64,000 nucleotides of DNA. Source: the human T2T-CHM13v2.0 reference genome, Homo sapiens. How positions within the stretch are numbered: the stretch's first letter is position 1; each line of letters opens with the position of its first letter. The stretch lies in NCBI RefSeq assembly GCF_009914755.1, contig NC_060930.1; one strand, written 5' to 3'. Below the pieces are notes generated by a model that did not search any database, was not told where the DNA came from, and saw only the letters and a program-made list of their open reading frames with translations. Below, piece after piece: positions 15,161-27,559 of the stretch. Both the position numbers and the translations under genes were made by a program.

Positions 15161-18100
15161 GTAAGTTATTAAAAACTGGAATTACTTTTACATCGATCTT
15201 ATAATTAGCTACTTCAATTGTTTTGAAGTAGGACTTGGAGATTTAGGAATTGGTAAGGGAAGAGGTAACAGTAGTGGAGTAGATGGGGGGAGATAATGCC
15301 AAGTATTGTAACCTAAAGAGCCTAAGATTTATACTGGTAGAAAGGAAGAATGAGAGTTCTTGAAATGTTCAAAGATTCCTAAGTCATCAAGGTAGAATGG
15401 CCCTGACTGTTGGACAAGTATCCAACTACATTTTATTATCCTTTCACACTCCTGATAAAATGCTCCTGATAAAAATGCCACATTTTCTCCATTCTCCTTA
15501 AACATCTATTACTTTCTCCCTACTCAAGACTCTTAGCTTGCTTTTTACTTTTACGTCATGAAGAAAACACAAAGAACAACAACAGGACCTCGTATCCTCT
15601 TTCTGTTCCTATTCTTCTTCTCCTTCCCTTCCCTTACTGAAAAATTCAGTACTAAATTATTTAAGTGAGACCAAGCAAAACAGTCATCTGCGTGAGAGTT
15701 AGGATAGTGGAAGGCAGAGAGTGGTAAGGAAGGTATCTATGGAGCAAAGTAGCCCAGCATAGGGCTTTGGAGCGCATGTAGGAAAAATAGACCCTCAACA
15801 CCACACTTAAAAACTATTTGACATCTGCATTATATACTGTGCCTCCCTTCCTATTACTAGGGTTTATTGGTCCTTCTCCTATTCCAAAGTAAACCCCTCT
15901 TCTTGTACTAGGTCCCATCCTTTCTTGACTAATCAAGGACATCCGTTCATTTCTTCTTCAGCATGTTTATGTCCAATTATGGCTAAAATGACCTGAGGGA
16001 ATGGGAATAAGTGGGAAGCAAGATACCGGGTCTCTAGTCCTAGAACTATTTTTAACTCACTCTGTGACTCTTTAAGTTCTCATTGTCTAGATTTTCTCAT
16101 CTCTAAAATCACATTGTTGGAATAGATTGGTGGTTCTCAGCTTAGGGTGAAGAAGCTCCTCACCAGCCCATGATGGCCTTCAAGGCATCTGTGCATCTCC
16201 TATTATTGCATGTAAAATTTTGAAGTCATTGCACATGTGTTCATTTTGTTTTCAGATGAGAGAAAGGTCTGTGAAAACTGAACTAGAGTAGATTTCCTTG
16301 AAATGTCTTTAAGTCTTGACTTCATATAAGTCTAAGTTTTGAAAGAGACTACAAGAGACGGCCTGATGCTGTTCTGCACAGTTAGAAGGCAGTCTCAGTT
16401 CTGCCACATCCTGAGTATGTCACTCCTTTTCTCTCACTTTGGTTTTTACCATCTATAAAATGAAGGTGTTTAATGAGATGATCCAAAATAATACTTTTCA
16501 ATTTTACATTCAGTTCAACAAAATCAAGCCAAAACAAACAAACATCCTGGTAGTTAGCTTGAATTCAGACTGGTCTTTGCTGTGTCTTCAGAAATTGAAA
16601 TATTGAGCTGCTAATGTTCTAAGAGCACTTTGAGAGGGAAGAAAGAGAGGGCGGGAGCCGGGCAAGAGAGAGTAAGTAGGGATGTTGTTCCTGCATAAGA
16701 CTGTAGCTGAAGGACTTAGCAACCTTCTAAATTTTAGAAGATTAAACCTTAAGAGTGATTGGAAATAAAAGAAAAAAAAGCTTCATGGTTGCCCGAGAAG
16801 ATACTTGAGATCTCATTCCTTAAATGTTTAACTTCCTAAATCCTAAAATAAATCATGAAAAATATTTCTTTATAGCATTGAATTATTTTTGAAGGGTTAA
16901 ATAGATTGTGTGGTGTCTAATGCTCCCTTGTTAGTCTGTTTTTCTCATTGGAATCTAGATAATATTTTGCTATTGAGAAAATTAATTTGTCACAGCATGC
17001 ATAATTTTGATTTGTTCTACACTCCAGCTCTCTCCTATTTTCTCCTATGCTGTTGTTGGGACTTGTTATTTCTGTCTTTACAAGTGTGTCCTGTTTGCTT
17101 CAAAAAAATAGATTCGTGACAAGGCTCTCAAATCATACACAGCACTAACAGGAAGTTGTTAGTAAGCCTCTCCTTTCCCAAGTACAATGTGGGTCTGGGG
17201 GCAACAGTGTGGAAAGCGGAAGGTCTATCCCAGTACCATTCTTTATCCAGCACCTACTGCATGCCAGACTCTATGCTAAACACTTAATGTCAAATTAGAC
17301 ACACTCTGTTCTACACTCTCAGAGTTGTCACAAGAGCTGGGTGCCTTCACTCAGGGATTTCCACTGGAATCTGCTCGTGCTGGTGTTTTGCTCCTTTCTG
17401 CCTGGAAGTGGGTGGATGTAATCATGACAAGGAGAGAGTCTTTAGCCAGTAGACAAGTTATCTTCCTTACTCCCATGGAGGAATGGGACAGAATGGGGCA
17501 TTTTTTCGGAGCCTGGCCCAAACTCGGCTGTGCCTCGAGGGCCCATTAGGCTGCAGGTCACAGCAGCTGGAGCCCAGGCGCCCAGAACCGGTCACGCGTC
17601 TGTGCTGCCCGCTCCAGGATGCACAATAGAGTCATTGACTATTTATTTACTGGGTAGAACAAGGCTGCTGTTGACTTAATTAAGGGAGCCGCCCAGCCAC
17701 CCCTGGGATCTTCAAATGACTAATGGACTCTCCATTGCCACTAACTCATCTCTCCTTAACATAAGTCCCCAGTCCCCCTCCCCCCAACCCTGCCCCACCC
17801 AGGAATGCTCAGTAAGCATGTTGTGGGGAACGGGGCGCAGAGAGTCCTGGATGGTGACCAAGAGGGAAAGACTGGCGGTTTTGGCAGGACTGAATTTCTG
17901 TGTTTCAGAGCTATTCTGAGCCAGGCGCTAGCCTCAGGGTGTGGAACATGGCCCTGCTGCGCCAGGGTCCGGCGAGGGCTTAACTTTACTAGGGCTGCAG
18001 TGAAGGAGGAAGCAAAAGGGCAAGTTCTGGTCTCCAGCTCAGACAACGGGTCCCTGGGGACTCAGAGCCTCTCTAATTCCCGGACCTCGGAATTAGATAG

Positions 18101-19399
18101 ATAGTGGAGAACCACCAGGGACTGGAACTGCTAGGGGACTGCAGAGCCGTGGAATCCCCCCTGGCCCCTTCTTTATGCAGCCCGTTTGAAATGGTCTCTT
18201 GAGCCCAGTGCGCCTGGCCTGTTCCCGCTTAGCCTCACTTAAATCTCCTCGCGAATCTGAGCTGGCCAACTTCCTCTGGGGGAAACTGCTAAACTCAGCT
18301 CCAGTTAATATTGTAGGGCTGAGGATAAAATAGCAACGGTTTTGAATAGATGTTGACTTTTCCGACCCAGAGGAGCGGAACTCAGGGATTGTTTGCAAAA
18401 GCTAATCGTTTCCACAGTGAAGCAGGGAGAGCCTGGTGCGCTCACCGCCGCCAGCCCCTCCCTGGAAGCCAAGCTGCGGGAAGACTCTGGGACTCAGTTG
18501 CCCCTCCCCATCTCTGGCCTTTAAAAGAGTCCTCCCGAGAACTTGGACCAGTGGCCGCCAAACCAGGGCTGCTTCCCAGACTCCTGTCTCCAATCTTGGA
18601 GTCTGCGACCTCAGGTTCGGCGCCCACTAGATCTCGAATCCAACTTCTTTCTGAAATGTGTTTAGGTTGAGAGTTCCGGGGCCTGGGCGGGAGTTTGGTG
18701 GGGAGAGGGGAGTCTGCTATTTAAGGCGCCATACATACACAGAGACAGCCCGCCCGACCTCCTAACACTCAGGAAAAGTCAATTTCCAAGCATCTGTTCT
18801 CAATAATGGTGGCAGGGAGCAGGGCACTGTGACTCCCAGCATCTGAGGGAATACCCGCAGCAGCGCTACCAGAGCGCATTTGCTCTATGCGCTGGAGGTC
18901 GGGGTGGGAGGGTGCGCAGATCAAGATCTTTTTTTGCGAACCTCAGGGAAATGACCGTAGTTGGACTAAGAGGTCCACTTTGGAGACTACCAGCAGCCCT
19001 CCAAGCCCTGGCAGTGGAGAAGTTTCGTTGCTATGGTTTCGGAGAGGCATAAAAGCCATCACCCAGAAGCAAATGTGTTTGGGCTCCTTATATGTGTTGT
19101 CACCACCCAAGGCTAGGCAAATTCCTCGGCGCTTTGCATGCATCACTCACTCCCTGACAGAGCATCTTGGCCTTAGTCTCCCCATCCCAGGAGGCGGGTG
19201 TGCGCTAAGGGAGCGAAGTCCAGCCGGAGGCTTCGTAACATCCAAGTCTAGGGACACCAGGAATTCTCTCGCTCTAGCTCCTGTGGTCCAGGGGTGGGAG
19301 ATGCCCCCGAGTGGCCGCGGCGGCCAGGAGCGTGCAGGGGCCACGGGGAAAGGAGCGCGGCGCCTTTAAAGCAAGAGGCGAGGAACCCCCGCCAGGAGG

Positions 19400-19595
19400 C
19401 GTGTCTGTCTCTGCCGCCGCCGCCGCCGCTGCTGCTCCTCGGTCACCGTCTTCGCCGCTGCCGTCACTCGCGCTCGGCGCCGGCGGCTGCGCTGGTCGGT
19501 CTGGTAGCTGGGGACTTTTCCGCCCGACCTCCTCCGGCTGCTCCTCCCCGAGGACCACCCCACCCCCTCCCCGCCCACCTCACCCCTAGCTCCAG
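19400..19595 (+). other. GRIK2: GRIK2 non-coding first exon (5'UTR); start approximate
   Basis: Lies in the CpG-island core and ends at a strong donor CAG|GTAAGG (GT at 19596); no ATG in 19400-19595; would splice to the acceptor at 24743. Confidence 0.75.
19413..19436 (+). repeat. (GCC)5(GCT)3 trinucleotide tract
   Basis: Read directly. Confidence 0.9.
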
Positions 19596-22498
19596 GTAAG
19601 GACTCCCCGGCTGTGGGCTGCACTCCGGGCTCCTTCACGAGGTGTTTGTTTTCAAGAGGACGGGAGGGACTGCGGGTGGGCGAGGGGCATTTTCCACCTG
19701 GAGAGAAGGAAGAAGGCGAACAGTAGCGCTGCGGACGTCCGTGCGCTCGGGGCGCCCGCTGGACGGATTCACTGCGAGTCTTTGTCGGGCTTATCTCAGC
19801 CAATTCCCGTCAAGCATGCAAGTGGCTCTGTTGGCTGCAGTCGCCTATGTTCTCCACATAAAATGATTTAAGAAGTGGACGTGTCAGGAAGTGGCCTCAG
19901 CTACGGGGACTCACGCGAGGCGAAGAGAATGAGACAGATGGCAAGAAGCTGTGTGGCTGCCGGCGGGTCTGACGAACTCCCCATCCCTCCTTCTGCCCAC
20001 CCATCCTTCCATTAACCCTACTCCTTAGTTCTGCGCTGAGGAAGTATATTTATTTTAACCGGCACCCGTATTAAGAGCTTCTGAAAAAACTTGGAGGGCG
20101 TCCCATTAGGGTAAGGAGTGGGCAGTGTTACCAGGGTGGATCATAAACCTCAAGAACTTTTAACGAACCACATCCTCTGATATTTTTACCTTTAAGGAGA
20201 TAGAGTTTCTTTACCAAACAACACGACCGAGCTGAGGCTCCTTAGAGAATAATTTCCAATTTAGGCAATGGGGAATATTAGAAAACTTACTATTAGTAGC
20301 CTTTTGGTAATGCACAGATTATCTTCTATCGTTTATTCATCTCCATACTGTAAGTATTCTGTCATCAGAAATTATCTTATGGATTGATGATTATTTTCAT
20401 TTCACGAGAGATGATTGGTTCATTTGAGTCTTAATTAGTCAGTTTAGTTACTGAAATAAATGCAATTGTATTTCAATCTTGATTTGTCTTAGTTCATTAC
20501 TTTCTAACTTTATAGAGTCTATTCCTGTAACCACCAAGGCAGCCTATCAACTTCCAGTGGCCTTAAAAACTTTTGAGTCAAACAAACAACAAAAAATTGA
20601 AATGCACAAGAGCAAGGTGATAGAGAATTGAGCAATGTTTGGAAGTCTTATCTGTTTGTTTTCTCCTATTTAAACCCATTGAAAATCACACAGGCTGAAA
20701 TTTAAAAAAAAAAGTTCTGGGATATGTAAATTTATTCCACTTCAATTTGTTAATTAAGATACACTTATTTTAGTGTCTAAAAATTAATCAAAACTCTAAA
20801 TGTCATTAATCATCAATGCAGCAGAATGTTGCTGGAACAGCTGATAATGTGTTCAGAATCATAAGGGATACCACAGCATGCATAGTTAAGAAGAGTGAGT
20901 TGCAAGTATGCAACAGTGTGATTTCAACTGAAACCTGACTCAGTCCTGACTTTATTCTCTGAGATCTTTAATGCCATGTATAAACAGGCTGTTTGTTTTA
21001 GCTAAATTGCTATGCAACAGGCCACTTGCATGGAATAATAGGTTAGGTGTTACTATAAGATGAGGTTTTTCAAATGTCACATAACAGCAGGACTTCCGTG
21101 ACAAGTCAAGTGGAATCCTTAGTAAGAATTCCATGTGAAAAATTTAAATATAGCTATGGCATGTAAGAACCTTTGAAACATCTTTGAAATTCAGGTTGTT
21201 CTGGGGTATGTATTTGCTGTTTCCAGCAAAAGGTATAGGCATTGTCTTTTTAAATGTTGTGCTATAAAGATTATTACACATTTTCTCATACCCCAGCAGG
21301 TGGCAGCTAACTAGAATAAGATTCATTTTCACTGGCAGAATAGGAAACTAAAATTGTTTCTCAAGTAATAGTGCCCAAGAATAAGAGGTCATTAGTATCT
21401 GCAAATATAAAAATATAGTGAAAGATGAAGCTAGTGGGTTTTTTTGTTATTGTTGGAAGAAGCTTTGCATTAACATGATATGCATTTTCTTCTTTGTCAA
21501 TTTATCATAGGTTTGATATTTGTGTCAGCCTTCTATGATTTTTTTGAGGTATACTTCTAAATACAGCTTCTCTCTGGGTGTGCGTGTATGTGTGTTTTTG
21601 CAGTTTGTTATCTCTGCTTTGACCTTGGAATCTACAGAGCTTTGGCTCATAGAAATAAAGAGTGCCATATGGTTAAAATGAGGAAAAAAATGAGACCATA
21701 GAATAAAATATATAAATCTTACTAAGTATATATAATTGCCTGATATCCAATAGCAGTAGTTTTCTCTTTCCTTTAAGGAAGAAGCAAATTACAGAACTGA
21801 CACAATTTTTAAAAGGGTTAAATCTAGTCAGTGAAATACTGTGTAAGGAATTTATTAATCCTTCATATAACCTCAGAACTATGATGTGTGGTATCAGTAT
21901 TGGGGAGAAACTTGTAATAACTTCAAAATTGCCACATGTTAAGGCATCAACTATGCCACCAAATCATTTTATTGTAGTATAGGGATGTAAATTTAGCATT
22001 CCCCCCCCCCCCAGGAAGTGAGTGAGTTTAATGTGAAAGAACAAGAATTAATCTCATTACCCTAGTAACAGATGGAAATCTGGAGGTGGAGAATTGAAAG
22101 TGATAACTAATTGTACATTTAAAAAATGTCTTTAGCCACTGAATATTGACAGCATGTTATTTGGCATTCTGAATTGTGGTCTTTCTAGCAATTTTTTTTT
22201 GTACTGACAATCAAGTAGTTTAGTGTTCATGAGGAATCTCACAATTAATATAAGTAGTTTTTTTAACAGTATGCCCTATTACAAAAAAAGATAACTACAT
22301 CTTGGGCTTATCAAGCAATTGCACTGAAAAATACACACAACACAGTTGATAAAATAGTCCTCTTGATAATGTGAACAATGCAATAATTCCAATTCCTTTA
22401 CTCTGTGTAGTAGAAATTTACACATTGTCACTCAAATATCATGTTAGTTATTTATTGTGCTACTTTCAATGTACTACTCCAGAATAATGAATGCCAGG

Positions 22499-22519
22499 AG
22501 CGCTGTCCGTGGTCCTGAA
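22499..22519 (-). promoter_or_regulatory. RE1/NRSE (REST binding site)
   Basis: Minus strand reads TTCAGGACCACGGACAGCGCT versus consensus TTCAGCACCACGGACAGCGCC (19/21). Confidence 0.88.
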
Positions 22520-24742
22520 GAAAGGTCGTCTCCAGTCTTTTAGAAGTTCAACTGGACAGGTGGAATTGCTGTCTGTTGTGCTAAAGCCTTTCAACTGAGT
22601 TGATGGATGTAAATGAATCTAATTTACCATATGTGCAAAATTGGTTCTTTGGGGATCAATTAATATTAAAAAAGTACAATCTTTTAACTGTTTAATTTAT
22701 TGTGTAATAACTTCATGAATATAGAGGCTTGATCTTTCACTTTTCCAACTAGACATCCAAATAACCCCCCAAAATAAATAGTTTAGAATACTAGTTTCAA
22801 GTGCAAAAGTTGCAACCATAATGTAAAATGTCATTATATTAATGGAATACATGAACAAAGAGATGTGGTACATTTTGTTTTCTCAGGTTCCAATAAATGC
22901 CAGCTACACTGTGAAATTTCAGTATTTTGATTAGTCACAATAAAACATGCTATTTTCAGGTAGTAGATATCAGTTATATTGGCAGATAAAAATGTGAAGG
23001 ATTATTTTTTTCCCCTGGCAGTCATTATTATCTCTGCTAGGATCAAAAAGAAAATGAACAAACAGAATGGAATAAATGAGACAGCAAATAGAAGACAGAA
23101 CGTGTTGGGCTGTGTATGTGTTTTATAAGAGATATTTTAAACATGGACTGAAGGAGTCGCTAGATACCCTTGGTTTTAGCACTAGGTGTTCCTTTTAAGG
23201 TGCTCGAACAGTCGAATTATTTGATTGAATTGCCTGCTATACTGCAGAACTAGCCATTCATGATACTTATTTTTGACACTGCAGTTATTGCCTCCATCTT
23301 AAAAAAAATCAATGCCACTTAATGCCTTTGCAAAATGTAGATTTCTCTTTAAATTAGCACTTTATAATATCTTAAGAAAATTTAAATTAAAAAATCGCTG
23401 TAAGGAAATGAAAACATTACAGTGTTTTCTTGCTGTTTGGAGGAAAAAATAGCAAGTCGAATATTCATATCACTCATATCACTCCTTATTTAAAAATTAG
23501 CCTTCAGATAGGATATTTTTTTGTGAGATTTAACCTATGCCCTGTTAGTTGGTTATGAAAAATAGATTAATGATAAGATATAGGTCCAACAGTTTGCCTT
23601 TTGTGATGTTTAATCTTTTAAAAATGTTGACAATATATATTTATTATACAAGTTAGTTTTACTTAGTGTAAAATATTAAAATTGTATATTTTTAATAAAT
23701 AGACAGAATATTACTTATTTTAATAATAAAAATGTATTTTTATGTTGAAAGAAATTCTATTTCTGTACTTTATTTCTTGAATAAACTCCTAACGAAAGCC
23801 AAGAGAGTCACTACCTAGTGACTCTAAATATTCCTACCAGAAAACTAGCAAATGATAAGACAGTTTTAGAGGAATCTGTAACACTCAATGTCGCTCATGC
23901 TATGATCTCATATTCTGCCTCTTTAGGAAAAAGAATGTTCAAAAAACCAAAATACGAAGAAATTTGGGCATAAATTATTGAAGGCTTTAGAGTTTGCTGC
24001 ACCCATTCAAACATCATTGTTTTTATATATGCACAATTATTTTCTTTGAGCTTAAAAAATGGGTGGAAAATTTAACTTCTCCATTTTAATTTGAGATTTC
24101 TCCCATAAAAGTTCACTGAAGAAATTTCTCCTACTTCTGGGTAGCAATCAAGGAATACCCCAGTCAAGTTTTTAAAGAGTGGGTTTACCTCTCCAATTGC
24201 ATTCCAATCTATATTCATTCCTGGTCAAAATAAAAGTATAAATAAGACTCTTTCAATCTAACCACAAGTTAGATTTGCAGTAAATTCCTCCGTCTTAGAT
24301 CACTTTCTTTTTTACAGTTCCCAGACAAACTGACTTTGATTTAGCTAGTAATTTAATGAAATTCATCAGTTGATTGTAAGAAGTCCGCTTACATACACCA
24401 GTCATTCTCTCAGCAAATACTCATGGAAAATAAAAGCAATGTTCTCCCCATAAATAAATCCTACTTCTTTCTTGCAACTCAAGGCGGGCTGTCAGATCGG
24501 TTGCATAATAGATATTGGGGAGCTCACTGGCCGGGAGCCTTAAGAGGAGAGCAGCTATCTCAGTCTTTCTCACTTAATCTTGGCTTCACGTCAGAAGCTG
24601 TGCAGCAGTGCAGTAGAATAGGGCCTGGCAAAACCTTTGCTAGCAAAGCGCCTTTTGTGCCGGGCTGTGGCTCGCTATCGACATCTCGTCCGTTACCAAG
24701 GCTGGGTTTCCTACTGATTTCCCTCCTCCTCTGCTTTCACAG

Positions 24743-25347
<605 letters not shown>

Positions 25348-27559
25348 TGAAGGGAGGGCCAATGTGTGGTAGTGGTCTCTGCATTACCTCCCCACAGTAG
25401 CTTGCCACGGAGATGATGATGACGATGGAGGCACGGTCAGCCGCCACTCCCGCCTGTCTCCCCCGGCGCCCTGCGAGCTTGGAGGGGTGCGCGGTCCGCG
25501 CAAAAGTGCGCGCCGGGGCTGCACGCCTCTCAGCTTGCGGGGCTGGTGAGTTAACACCTGGTAACTCTTTGGCGAGTTGCGCCTGTCCGCTTCCGCCAGT
25601 GACCAGGGCAGTTCTCACGTGCAAATGAAAGGTACTAACCCTTTTGATTTCTTTTTCCAGAGAGCCTTTTCGATTGTTTTCACCGCTTTTCCAGTCCCTG
25701 GTGCCCTTACTGGGATGCAGAGCTTTAAAAAATGTTCTAAGATTCGAGGTTCTACTTAACACAGGGAGGCTGCTACTTAGCTGGAACGAAATAGCGTCAA
25801 AATTAGAACGGCATTTTGTTTGTTTTTAACTTGCTGAGTCCCCCTCTCACAGCTTTCTGGACGTTATGGACTAATTAATGAAGGATAGTATCTGGGGCGG
25901 TGGGGAAGAGTAGTTGTTTAAGGAGGGTTGACTAAGTCTGCATCTTTCACTTTGGCAAGACGAAAGACGTTAGGTAGTTACATTTTTTTATGGAAATGTA
26001 TTGCTTTTCTAAGAATCAGGGTTTCTTTGGAGCTTGAAGGAAAATCTAAACGTGGGATTCCAGTGGAAACCCTGGTCAGAGGGTCAGAGTGATTGCTTGG
26101 AGAAAATGAAGCGTGGGCGATGCTCAGGTTCTCTGGATGGCCAAAGGAGTTTTAGTAGGAGCAGAACTAGTCAGGGAAAGTTCCCTAAAGCAGATAAGAG
26201 GAAGAAAGGAGAAAGCCAACAGGATAAATGCTCCCATTGTAGGCACTTCCTCTGACAGTTCAAGTGGATTCAGACCAAAGAGTGCAGGACACCATGTAAT
26301 CCTGAGCATCTGTCTTTGAGATAAAAGCAGACACATTAAGTCACTCGGTCAAATTTAAACTGAAGAGTGATTGCCTGCATCTTCTATCATGCCAACAGCA
26401 TCTCCTGTCTTTCCATTTTACCATGTGTGTGTTTTATCCCCCCAATGATAAAATTCACCATCTCTCCTAGGCTTTGTAGAACAAAGGTAGGGATGTTTCA
26501 CATACATTCAAAAAGGGAACCTCACCGACCACACATACACATAGATGCCCACAGTCAAAAAGCCTGCTGATGATAAAAGAGGCACTGGGTTATAGCTGGA
26601 TTCCCACTGTAGTAGTTTTCATGCTTTTTTCATGCCTTTAGATGGTACTTAAGCACGTTGCTCTTAGCAACAAGCATCCACAGGAATGATTGTTTCTGTG
26701 GACAGGATTAAACAGGTCCGTATACCATTGGAAATGTGTGTGTACGCACACGCGTGTGTGTGCATGTGTGTTTTTTGTGTGTGTGTTTTCAGCAGTTAGG
26801 CTTCAAATATGGTAAGTGCTACAGTATGGTAGTTTGCCCAATATTTCGAGTATTTCATCCTAATTATGTGGAATCCTGAAGAATTCTGAAGTGTGTTTGT
26901 GAATGAGTGTGCGTTACTAAGTGTGTTTGCCGACTAGATGGAAAAAAGAAGACTTGGAGCCGGAAAACTGCCACCAATACTCTAAGGATTTAATTATTGC
27001 CGCTCTGGTCTTGCAGCACAATATTTGCTGAATCACTAGATTGTTACACTCGCTGATCATTTCATATCTTCATATTAAAAATCTTGGCGACTGTAGCAGA
27101 GTGCGTAGCAGCTTTCCAAAAGAGCTCTCTCTCTCACACACACGCACACACACGCACACACATACACACACACAAACAAGCTTTCTTAGACCAATGCTTA
27201 CTAAAAATGTCTTTAAGAAATACGGTAGTAGGCAAAGATCTCCACACTAGTCCCTTGACAACCCTAAACCAACAGTCCAGCTTCTAGATAACCTGCTGTT
27301 TTCTACGTTAACTTAAAACATCTTCCACGTGGAGATGCATTTCTTCTGATTTCTGACCTAAGTTGTGGGGAAGAAGGACTGTGTACATTGTTACTGGAAC
27401 ATTTCCCTGTTGGGGCTATTTTGATGTAATGGTGGGAGTTTTATTTTCTTCTGGGATAAACACGTTCTGAGTGGATTGGATGGTTGGTTGAGCACGTATA
27501 AGCCACTCTTGAGAATGGTTATTTTCAACTTTGGCTCAAAAGTCCAGCCAGTGCCTCAT

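Larger units (their letters stand above)
17500..20050. promoter_or_regulatory. GRIK2: CpG island / GRIK2 promoter region (densest 19180-19980)
   Basis: Sharp rise in GC and CpG against the AT-rich flanks; GC boxes; TTTAAA at 19365-19370 upstream of a GCC-rich exon. Confidence 0.85.

Noticed and set aside
17716-19866. Many overlapping 60-160 aa ORFs
   Set aside because: Expected by-product of CpG-island composition; low-complexity translations
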